From NCBI GenBank assembly GCA_030141605.1, contig JAQGDQ010000050.1:135971-199970 (forward strand): 64,000 bases of DNA, given 5' to 3'. A program made the translations under genes and the position numbers. Below are positions 1 through 12,200 of this stretch, in pieces. The number at the start of each line of letters is the position of its first letter. The first letter of the stretch is position 1. The DNA comes from Tubiluchus corallicola (lineage: Eukaryota; Animalia; Priapulida). The notes beneath the pieces are model-generated. The model was not told where the DNA came from. It saw only the letters and a list, made by a program, of their open reading frames with translations, and ran no database searches.

Positions 1-3000
1 CGTGGTACGTTTATTAGTGATAATTCAATTTTGGCGTCTTCGGAGGACTACTGCGCGCCGTAAAAACAAAAAACGCCAACGTGAACTGTTTACTCTATCG
101 CTTAGGCTGTATTAAAGAAGCTAAATCATCTTGGCTCTGTTAAAATGCTTTGTCAACCTGTAAAGTCTTAGTGTACTCCTGTAATGACCTCAATCGTTCG
201 TCGTCGTCAAGGAAACATATTTAATAAATCAGCCATCCTTGAAAAACTAAAAAAAATGAAAATGAAATTTAATATCACGCAAATTTTGAAACTATTTTCT
301 CCGCAAGTAAAATAATCGTAACGAAAATGTTTTTCTAACTGAAATCTTATTTTAATCTCAAATTTAAATAATCGTTTTGAAAATCTGCCCCGTTCTACAT
401 TTTGTTAATTTCCTCTTTTTACATATGCTACAACACAGGAATTGAAGGTACTTAAGTCAAACAATGAAAAAATATAGGAAACAGATAGCTCACATATTTT
501 TCCTCTGTTGTTATCATTGAATTACCTTCATCTAGTGTATCATCATACCGCACGTTTCTTAGATTTGTGATCGTTTTTCAGGCCTTTTCACTGAATTTCT
601 CGTCAGATCAAGTTATTTACTTCGTCTTCCTTCCTCCTCTAGGAAAAAATGAAAACAAGACTCTGCCAGGACTAGCAAAATGCTTGAAATCCGTCGTTTT
701 CATACGAAGGCAGCAGTTAAGGTAGTAACGCTGGTTCCTAGTTTAATTGTATTGGCACGTGAAGGGTATTATAGCGGTGAACGTAAACGATGTGTACAAA
801 CGAACATTAGCGGGATTAATTTGAAGTAAGTTCAGGTTAGCATAACATCTTAAACCAACAGCTCACAATTTGACAAAAACGGACAATATAATTATTTACA
901 CAAGTAAGTAATAAGCTTCTGCATACAAGTATCGTCGCTTAAGGTTCAGTTAATCTTTTTGAGAGTGTATCTATTTTATTTCAAACCCTCGCTGAGTGCA
1001 GTCGGCATTCGGTGTACATGTATACTATGTCATCTATAAATAATCTTTCCTCTTTCTGTTTTGGAAGCTGCGTTTGCGCTTGTCAAGTGGCTAATGTTAC
1101 TTTAGGCTAATAATGATTAATATAGCCATGGGGCAATGACTGTCACACAGAATGACACAAATCTGTACACTTCGCCCTCTCTCCACTCTCCAGCGGGACG
1201 CCCCGATCCTCTAAATTTGTTCATCGAGGCTACTCTGACTAGTCTTGCATCTGTATCGACCTATTATTAAAGTCAGGTGGCTTCACTTGAGTGAGGCTCT
1301 CCTTGAACCCACCATCTTCTTGTAACTTCAACCCAAATTGTAATTCCAAATAATAACACTTTTCGTCTCAACTTCTCTGTATGAATCACTAAACAATAAC
1401 ATCTATCCAATATCTCTACTTAACTATAATTTTTATTATAAGGCGGAGAGAAGACGGCGTGAGTAAAAAGTAGTTTTAGTATTGAGTGGCTAGTCCTATC
1501 CTGTTGCAAAGGAGTATTCTCAAAAAATCATATCATGCAGTGCCCTGGTCGGCTTTCTAGAGGCAGGGACTTATCACATACGAAATCGCTACTTTTGCAG
1601 TAGCTCCTGGTTTATCCTGGTCGACTGATGACTACCTCGGGATTATGTTGGTTTATCTAATTTATGGGAAAATATTAGAATCGGCACTTAGAGCCATTAT
1701 AACCTATAGACTATATGCTCTATGACGATTAATGTAATGAAATTATTCTTTACAAATTTGCCATCTGCATCATAATTACATGGCTGCTGACAAAATTTTA
1801 TTGTATTATCAATACATCGGTGGGTACAAAGCCGATCTATCGCGTAAATCTAAACATCCGATTAGCAACAGCAATATTAGAACATTTTTGTAAAAGCCCC
1901 ATGAATATGGAATAGAATAAAATGTGAATAATCTTCAAGATTAAAATACTAATGGCATTATCTAGATTAAATATCCAGTACATTTGTTTTAAAACGCATA
2001 CCTGATACCCCTGCATAAAGTCATTGAGTCAACACGAATCTTCACAAGCATGACGATATAATATTCCTTTAACATCCCACCCCCGCACACACACACACGC
2101 ACAAGCACACGCACAAGCACACGCACATACACACACACACACACACGCACAGTAAGAACGATGTAGTTGTCAAATATAGTTGTCAAAAGTTATAGAAATC
2201 ATGTACTTGTTTGCAATAGCTCAAATTAAACTAAGGTCTGCAGTTTTAAGATCGCTCACTAAGTTGTTTGCTGCTTTACTGGCTGCAGCAGAAGAATGGA
2301 AAACAGCAATTTTGACAAACCGAGTGCTTCCAAGATACACTTATCTGTAAAACATTAAATATTTATTTTAAAAAATTATAACAATAAACGTCCAAGACTA
2401 GACCGATCATCAGGCCATCAAATTTACCAAAATTAGCAGAAACTTAAACAACTCAATAAAAACATCATTTATAAAACAATAATAAAAATTATTTCTTTCT
2501 AGGCTCCATAACTAATTAATCTGTCTAACCGCATTAAGAGATAATAGAATTATACAGTCTCGTTTAAAATATCAAGTGGATATGTAGCAGCTTGAAACGT
2601 TCTGACAAAAATTAGTTTTAAGCATGCACATAAACCAAATTTAAAGCTCAATTAAAGAAACAAAACCACGTATTGCATGCCTTACGTCATTATACCATGC
2701 ATTAAAATAAATTTTCTCACACATAATTTCGACGTTATAACCTAAATGAAATTTGGGCTTCCAGAAATGTTTTTAATTTATAGCGAATTCACAGCAACTC
2801 AAGAAGGGTACATAACAAAAAAGTTTATTCTGACCATGGGAGCATAGTCTATTAATGGACAAGCGAAAAATTTCTGCATTTCTTGCAACTATAATTGCAC
2901 CTCCTATAAGTCACGATTGAATTACCAATCTGAGCTGTATGATGACCATCTTGGCCTATAAAGGCTTTACAATGCACCTATTTCAATAAAGCGTTTAATT

Positions 3001-3037
3001 ACATTACTGGATAATTAGAGGTTGCTGTTATATAAAG

Positions 3038-3294
3038 TCATGGAGATAGTGAATCATAAATGTTATCTGAAGGTAAGCGGCCACGTTCCCTGTCTTTGAT
3101 ATTTAGTTCATCGTACACATCAAATGCCGCAGATGTTCTGTACATTTCTGGTGTCTCTGCTTCAGCGGTACGTGGTCTGTTTTCGTAGCCATGATGACGA
3201 TGGCCATGATCGTGCGAAGCGACTGCGTTCTCAGAATTTCTTTCTTTGCCTGCATAACTATACACTAATGGATTAGCGTTCGTCTGAACTGTAC
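3038..3294 (-). CDS. Dok-like terminal exon 10 (Tyr-motif tail)
   Basis: Acceptor cgtttcag; in frame with ORF 3038..3265; ends IYDSLSP*. Confidence 0.8.
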
Positions 3295-6200
3295 CTGAAA
3301 CGAAAAAACCGACATTTGTAATTATACCATTAAATTGAACTCTACATGACTAATATGTTATAACACCTACTCCCTCCTCCTTAAGAACAGCTATTTTGAC
3401 AGAAAAAACATCTGCATACCTTAATGAAATGTAGTCATTTTTACAGTATGCTTTAGCAGTTGTGCAAAATTACTTCTACTGCTTGTCAAACAGCAACTTA
3501 TATTAGCTTACAGTGATCTGCAAAATAATGATAACACAAACGAAGGTCTGCCTTACATCCTGATTGAGTCACAATTATGTGATATTTGAAGTGACCAGAG
3601 ACTTGCGACCTGACACAACAAAGTTCCGGGATCAAATCCTGGTTGGCTATTTTATTTAAATATTTCATTTCGGTACCTTTTAGCACTTCAGTACGCAAAT
3701 ATTACTGAAATTGCTCTACGTTCAAGCAATTTTTGTTGCATCAAACAAAACTATTAGTGGCTTAATTTCATTTATCTCAATAAAAAGCAACTGTGATTGT
3801 ATGGGTGCCATTGGAATTTAGAAATTCACTGATTAATGCGAAGTCATACTTTGAAGGGGTCGCCCAAATAAGCCTTTCTACAGTTTCGTTGCGCGCACGC
3901 GCAGCTGCTGTAGTTCAAAAGTTAAGTGTACCACAGCAATGCCTCTTAACTACAACCGTCATGTGACGTGTGAGCAACGCAAAGCCATCTGCCGCATTAG
4001 TTCAGTAACTTCAGTTGTTTTACACGGACTTTACTTAATTATGCATTAGTCTGTGCATAGAGTGATTTACTAGCAGGCTCTTGCTTGGGAATAAGAAAAA
4101 ATGAGCTAGGAAATAAATGCGTTGTATGGTTCACTGAACCTTTGACCTTTTCACGATCATTATCAATCGCTAGAACTGTGAAAAGGCTTATTATAGCAAA
4201 CGCGTTTGGAAAAACCAATAATTTTTTTGCATGCGTAATCTAGTTATTAAAAGTTGGCACCCTACCATGTCCAGGGACTGCATACATTTCCAAATCTTCT
4301 TCAGCAGCAGTAGGTACAGCTGGCGCAAGTCGAGGAAGTGCTGGCAAAACTCGATTGTGACAAAACTCACTCACAGGTGGCGTACGAGGTGACATAGGCG
4401 GTGATGATGCTGCAGTTACTGGTTTGGCTGTCACTAATGGTCGACTTGATGAACCTACTGGCTTTGGAAACACAGGAGGAGGAAGTTGCTTTGAAAGTCC
4501 TCCAGAACTGGTAAACCTGTGGGTAGGATCTTGGACTCTTTTGATTGGCAAATCTCGTGAAAATGGGCGTGAATTTTGGGCATGCGGAGAACTTAGTGAA
4601 GAGATGCTATTTGCAGGAACATGCAAAGAGGTTATTCGATGCGTTTTGTTTGCATGAGCATGTGGAGACGTTAATGGTGATGTGTTGACTGTAGGAGGGT
4701 ATGGAGACGTTAGTGGCGATGTGTTGACTGTAGGAGGGTATGGAGACGTTAGTGGCGATGTGTTGACTGTAGGAGGGTATGGAGACGTTAGTGGCGATGT
4801 GTTGACTGTAGGAGGGCATGGAGACGCTAGTGGCGAAGTTTTGAGTGCAGAGGGCTTCTTATTGACAACAGAATAAACTGCTGAAGCGTCCCGCGGTTGC
4901 CTGCATAGAACAATAACTTTAGTATGTGAGTTTATTTACTAAGTGACTTTATTTATCACCATTTTCATAAATTAATAACAAGATAACTAACTAAACATTT
5001 TATAATTTTATACAACATTCAATAACGTTAGAAATTCAAAAATAATCACTCAATTTGTTGGTGAAAGGGTGGCGAAAGAACTATGAGTAATCAGCTACTC
5101 TCCCAGAAATATTGCTAATAATGCTTACTTAATTAATGCGCATGTATCATGTAATATATTACCAGATTATCAGATTTTGTATTTAAGGCGATTGTTAATT
5201 AAATTATGACGCAAAAGTTTTAGCATCTAGTGGACAAAAAGGGCATGCAGTATTGTTCAATCATGGGAAAGAAAATGAGAGACAGATATGACAATCTTTG
5301 AATATTAAGTTAAACTTTGATTAGTTTTTGCATTTAGAATTACTATTATTGGGACCTAGAAAAATTTTGGTCTGTAGTTAACAAACAATAGCAATAACGA
5401 TAATAAAAAGGAAAACAAAAAATATGCGTAATAGTTTAATGTAATGAAGTATTTTGTTAAATCACGATTAACTACACCTCTTAGATATTATAAAAATTTC
5501 TGTGTTTCTGCCTTTTTGAACTTCAAACCCAGATTGTGCTTCTTCTAGTTTTGCCCACTTATACCTTAAGAAAGAGTTAAACATTATTGTAAATAATGAA
5601 AATAGTCTCAGCTTATGCAGTTATCTTAATATTAACTGATGTTTACGTGAGTAGGATAATACCGAGGTAACTTTAATAATGATCGTATCCACTGCGTTGT
5701 AATACATGTACATGCAAAAGTCACAAAAATGTCCAAAACTGGATTAGTGTCTGCAAGGCTAAGAAAACGCATGTAAAATTTACAACATTGAATTTGCAAA
5801 GTGGTCAGGGCGCACGACTTTTTACCGACGAACACGACATTATACTGTTGATGAACAAGAATGAAATCTATTAATATGATCAAAAGGAGCGTGCATTATC
5901 GATCATTGGTGAATGGGTCTAAGAGCTTTTGTTATACATTCAGTTTCAATTTTGTGCAAAATGTTTGCAAGATTTTGCTATGATGCTTTGCTGTTTGTGT
6001 TGTAATCGCCGTCATCACCATCATCATCGTCATTATCATCATGATCACCATGTGATGTGGTGGGTTTGGTGTGGTGAATGTGGTACTGTGTGATAGGTGT
6101 GGCATGGTGCGGATGATCTGGTATGGGTAGTGTGGTGGGTGTGGTGTGGTGCAGGTGGTTGTGTTGTAGATGATGTTGTTGATGTTGATGATGATGCAGC

Positions 6201-9200
6201 GCTGTGGGTGGTGTGGAGGATGTGGTGTGGTTTGTCATTGCGGGTTTACGTGCAAAATTATTCGTGGGACTTTTGTTAGTGAAGAATTAATATCGATAAG
6301 TCACACTAGATACTTCTTTTGCACTCTTGTCTTCACATATTTACGACGGTTGTTGTAAGCAAAATTATATGCGTACGTGCTTGCGCACGCACGTGTGTGC
6401 ATGTGCGTGTCTGTGAATGTAGTTCGATTTGAAGTGAAATAAAATCAATAAAATTAACATTACAGCGAGGTGTTACCTATCATCAGCGAAGCGTTGCACC
6501 CCAGCAGGAATGTCGTCTGCAATATCCATTCTTGCTGCTTCGTTCGGGTACCAATTGTTATGAAAACTAGCGCCACAATTTTCCAGCATTTTCATAGCTC
6601 CAATTTTTAATTGAATCATCTGAAATGCGTAATCGAATTATTAAACTCTTAATACACCCCGTCCACGCACATTGTAGGTCATTGCAATGAGCTAAGTCCA
6701 TATGGGAATGTTAAATGATATGCCTGTAAGAAACGGAAGGCTACATTCTGAGTCAAATAATATTAGAAAATAAAAGAATAAAGTGCGTTACTTTCATGAT
6801 GACATCGGCATCCCCGGGTCTTGTTGAAAATCGGAAGAGACCTGGACCAGAGCTGCACTTTCGGCCAGCCTCCAACGAAAATGTATGATCAGTAGCACCG
6901 TATTTTCGTATGAACCTGACAAGCATAAGTCTTTCATAATTGACATTAATAAATAAGATATAAGACGGTTAAGGCATGTGATTGAAGGTGAAATTAAAAT
7001 TAAATGAGATGTATTAATAAAAAGTAAAATTAAAATCAGATTACCTTAAGCGTGAGTTCAAATAACATTTAATTAATGTAATTAGTAATTTATTTAAAGA
7101 CCACATATTTTAGTAGTTAACCTTTTCTTTGTTCTTTTTCCAATTAGCGGATGATTAAATAATTGCTTCTACATGAATTGTATTGTTACGTGACAAAACT
7201 CGTACAAAAACTTTACAATAAAAAATATAGCACCTGAACGGCCATATCAGAGTTGGCTCACAGCGTCCTATTTTTGATATACCTATCTCCTCCGGTGATA
7301 ACCTCAGCTCATATTGCCCAAGTAAATGACAGGCTTGAGAGGCGTCTGTTGCGCTCACTGTCACCTTGAACACATCTGTAATTAGGTCAGAAGCAATTTT
7401 GTAGTAGTCATTGGTTAGTTATCCTGAAATGCACTTCCAGTCAGGCAGCAGTAAGAGCAACAACACAATCACAACACAACAACGTCAACAACAACAACAA
7501 CAACAACATCAGCAGTAAACCGTGAGAAGTTTTGCGGAGGGGAATAGATAAAATCAGTTTATATTGTTTTCAATGCACCCGTTTATGCAGCCTGCATATG
7601 CGTTATTCTTTTTCTGCAGCTATTCCTATTGCTTTTTTCCACCGTCTATTCCGCAGTTGAAAAGGCATCCGCATACGCATCCGGATGTTACGTAAACGCC
7701 ACTTCATTCTATTAGGCATTTTTAAAGCACGTATTTTTATTGTTGTTTTTTGATTTGACGTTTTAATTTACCTATTGTCCTAATCATATTAATTCAGAAA
7801 AATTAATTAATTTTCTACTCATTGAAAAATAAAAAAAAGGAAAATTTAGCTATTTTGCAATATACATTGTTTTGCCATATAACTATATGTTACAGTTTAA
7901 GCATTGCGAAATTTGAGGAATTTATGGGAGTGTGGGTTTGTCTTGAAAATGTACGAGTTCTAATATATTGTGTTTGCAGAATTCGTTCATTTGTGATGTT
8001 TAAGCGCTTTGTGGCAAAAATTCAGTATTTTCCACAGGAGTAATATAGTTCTACTGCAAAGAATAATATATTGATTCTACCTGTAATTTTATCTCGTACA
8101 AAACAACTGTTTTCGCTGCTTCCTTGCTTTACCAGACGGCTTCTCCTGTAACAGCTATGATCGCCATGTACCTAAAACGTTTGATACACACTATTAAAAT
8201 ATCTGGATAATTACAGAGTTTTACTTGCCGTTAGCTTGCGCAACATTAAACGCATTTTGCAGTGATTACTTCTTATCATTTTTACGTTGTGGAGTGCATA
8301 AAGCTTTGGTGCAGCTATCCCAGAGCTCATTCAAAACTGCTGCAGAAAAAAGATACGACCAAACAAGGATCTGATTTTAGGTTATAATATATCGAAACAG
8401 CAGCCTGTCTGCAATAAACAGTTTTGTTTTCTTTAAAGAAGTAAGACTGCTTCTGGGTGGTTTAATTAAGTCATAATTTGAATTAACGAGTGATGATATT
8501 TTAGCCATATTTAAAAAAATTCGCTTTTTGTATTACATTATCAAGGAAGTAGCCAAGCAGTACGGGGCATAGCTGTGCCCCACGTTTAAATTCACTGGTG
8601 AAAACTCCCTAAAACTGCATGAAGTACTAACGCGTATTTTAGTTCCCGGTGAGTTTTTTCTTCTTGTCTTTTCCACACTACAGCAATGAAAGACGTGCGC
8701 GTTGTATATGATATTAGAAACGTGCTGCAAGTAGTTGTCAAACTGTGCACCTGAAGCATCTCATTACAGTAGGTAGGCTTAATTACCTCTCTGTAAGGGA
8801 TTCCCGCAGATTTTATATTAAAGGCGCGTGTTTAATTGTAATAGTTTGTGGGATTGGTTAATAGTATCGATTTGCATTTTACTCATTAATGTTTTGAAGC
8901 TATTTTGTAAAAACAGGTTTAATTTCCGATCTTCATTTTAAAAATTTTTACAATTTGAAACTATTATTGATTTTTTATACTTGTCCATTAAACGGTGTAA
9001 TGCTGCTAAGACATTTAGTTAACCTCGTTATACCTTAATAATAACTTATAAAAGCATTTCATATCGTACCTCGTTCATTATTAACTCGTACCATGATTCG
9101 AGATCAGTCTGACTATTCTCTGCTGAGGCCAGTAATATCACTACATCATTTCCTTGTTGTCTCAAACGCAGCAAATTCTTGTGCCCGTATTTGTTTTGTA

Positions 9201-12200
9201 GCTGCAACAACATGAACAGCGTTAAACTTTTACATGCTTCAAGTTAATTTCAGCAGAGTCAATGAACGAAGAGAGCAAATGGAGCACTGAGTTTGTCTGT
9301 CTAGTTGTTCAAGAAATGTGCGTATCTTCACGGATGAGTAAACGCATTAACCCATGCAGGTGCCAGGATTTTGTAGTTGCTAAATGAATAATAAGCGGTG
9401 GTAATTCGCAGTTTAGTAACTGTTTCAGCAGGGAGATGCGATTAAAGAAGGAAAAACCGACGCGTACAATGATAATTTTGTCATGATTTCTGAGTTACAG
9501 GAAACAATTGTAGCACAGGCACAGGATTATTACACAGTCATGTTAGATGATAGAAGAGAATTCAACCACAATAACTTGAAAACTCAAGTTGCGAAACTAA
9601 CACGATTTAAAAGTAGTATGTGTGCGACAGTTAGTTTTTTAGACTTCTATCGGGTTTAGTTGTTTAAAAACACGAACTCTCTGGATATTTTCAAAGCATC
9701 ATTTGTCTTCAAATGCCACAGCTTTTATTTATCAACAGCATTGTAGTCGGCAGCCAGTGGCGTGAACCTTGCGTTTTTCGTATAAGTTTTTTCTCTGTGG
9801 TATTCTCATGTTCCGATGTTCCTCTTTAAAAATATTTAGGGTGACCCTGTGCCACCCAGGAGCAATTTGAGATATTGGACCAAAAGTGTTACATTAGAGA
9901 GAAGTACGTACTATAACAAACCAGAACTGCCATGATCATGCATTTGAAAACACTAACTAAACTAAATTTAATATTTTTAACTTAAAGGACATTAAAACAA
10001 ATAAAACGAATGAGTTTTGATGTACTGCATACAAAACTGTGCTGGAGAATCACACCAAAATAATCTAATTAGGACATTTTGGGTCGTTTTCTTTTTCAAT
10101 GGTTCATATGTTAGTCCTTTCTTAAGATTTCGTCACTTATTCAAATTACTAGGTTATAGTTTCTTTATCCAGATTATATCATTACTCCCACAACTAAGTT
10201 ACTGCTTTCATACAATCCAATTCCTCGTTTTAACTTTGTCAAATTTATAAATTCTATTTGTTCGTTATTACTGAGAGCCTTCATATGCATGCATGGAATA
10301 TGACGCAAACTAATTATTGCGCACTGCTTATTATTATGCACAACAATTGCATAGTATTGTAATGACTTAAAAGATTTGCATGCCTCTGCTCCTGAATAAG
10401 AGTTGTGATCATCTTTAGAATTGCATCTAGTTATGATTTTACCACAGTTACTGGCTATAATAGTTTTCCATAGTATGCCATCTTTCAAAACCATAATTAT
10501 AATCTGTGCAATCAAGAAAAAATGCGGAGTCACCTCAACTGCTTTTTCCATCAAGTATGCTTGAATGTGCGCTCCTTTCATTTTCGCTAAATGCCTTCTT
10601 TGTTGATGGCGAAGTGCACAGCTTTGCATCAGAACCTCTGATAAAATTCCATCTTAGTGGTCCTAGTAACACCTGTTCTACCCATTTTACTGCGCCGCAG
10701 AAATATCCTAGTTTCAGACGTGGTACTATGTACATTTTGAGTAGGCTTATCTATAAGCATGCACTGATGGATTGAGTTCCAGTCGGTTGCTTTAATATTG
10801 CCTAGTTCGGGAATGCCAAAGTACATTCAATGTGGTTCTCTTTCCTATACTGAGTAAGTGCATAGCCTCCTATCATCCCCGGAATGCCGCTTTGATGATT
10901 CTTCACTGTTTCACCACTGTAATTTAGCAATTCCAGGACTAATGGCTTGGGCAAATTAGGATGCAAAAAGTGATAATGCGAAACAGTATAATCAGTCTGT
11001 GTCTTCTGAAAGAATAATGTTCATTACTGGCTAGTTCTACGACCCATTGAACTTTTTCTTCGTGCATTCTTTTCAGCCTGTTCTTTATTTTAATTCAGTT
11101 GTGAAATTTATTTCTTCTGCTAAGACTGCCTAGCCAATCGCCAGTTATTTCCAGCTTACCATTAATGTTGGAATTGGAGACAATTCATAGGACAGAACTT
11201 CACTGATGTTTGTGTTACTGTTGAATTCATGTAACTCTTAAATAAGTTAAATTAATATTACGTATTTTGCTCAATCCCATTTGTGCGGACTTCTTCATCA
11301 ATGCCATGTGCATTTATTGAGATTGTTTCGTAGACCTTTGCGGCCACTTGTTTTCAAAATACGGTTGTACTGCAATATCTATGTTGCTGAATTGACTACA
11401 CTCAATGATAACAGTACAAGCTTCATGTTTACAGTATTAACAATGCCGAGGATGTTGTTGTGGCGCTAGAAGATTTATACAAACTCCCAGTTTTTTGCAT
11501 AACTCTTGCTTGTCTATAATATCTCTGATTATTCTGACTTTGGCTTCTATCTTTTATGTGCCCTGAAGTATAGACTTATTATCTGTCATCGTGCCTCATA
11601 GCTGAAATGTTCTTCTTCTAAGAATCTTCTTCACAACAAACATAATGGCCAGTGTTTATCCCTTTTTCTTTTCTTCTTTTTCAGTCACACAGGCATCATC
11701 ATAATGAAAACAAGTTTTATTAAATAACCTACCCATAATGCTGTGATGCGACTTTATACTTGTTGTCAAACAGAGATCCATAAGGTATGTCATAGGCACG
11801 TAGCTAAGATAAGCAGATTAGCTAAAATTGTATAGTTGTAATTATTGTGGTTCTTCCAAACCAGTGAAAGAATGTCTAAATTTCTAGTTGTTTTTTAAAC
11901 TAAACCAGCTATAATTTTACGAAACAGTACACTTCAACTTGATACAGCAATATACATTAAATTATTACAAAAATGAATAAGTACTGTGTACCCATATAAT
12001 ACCTTACGTACGTATTGTAGCCCAATTTTTGAAATCTTCATGTCCAAATGTAGTTACCAGTTTAATTCTACGTCAGTGTCAGTTTCATTTGCTTAATCAT
12101 AAAAGTTTTGGTATGTCACAGCACATGCTTTTTCCATTGTAACTGTTTCTGTCAAAAATCTCAAGATGCTCAAGGCCGACAAAGGACAAAAATTCTTAAA

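Noticed and set aside
570-610. CTGACGA...GAAA on the minus strand as a hammerhead
   Set aside because: No pairing stem II
4424-4876. Plus-strand and alternate-frame ORFs over the 39-bp repeat
   Set aside because: Shadow frames of Dok exon 9
5978-6358. His/Thr/Asp-rich ORFs
   Set aside because: Low-complexity (CAT/GGT)n intronic tract; the Dok exons on either side join in frame without it
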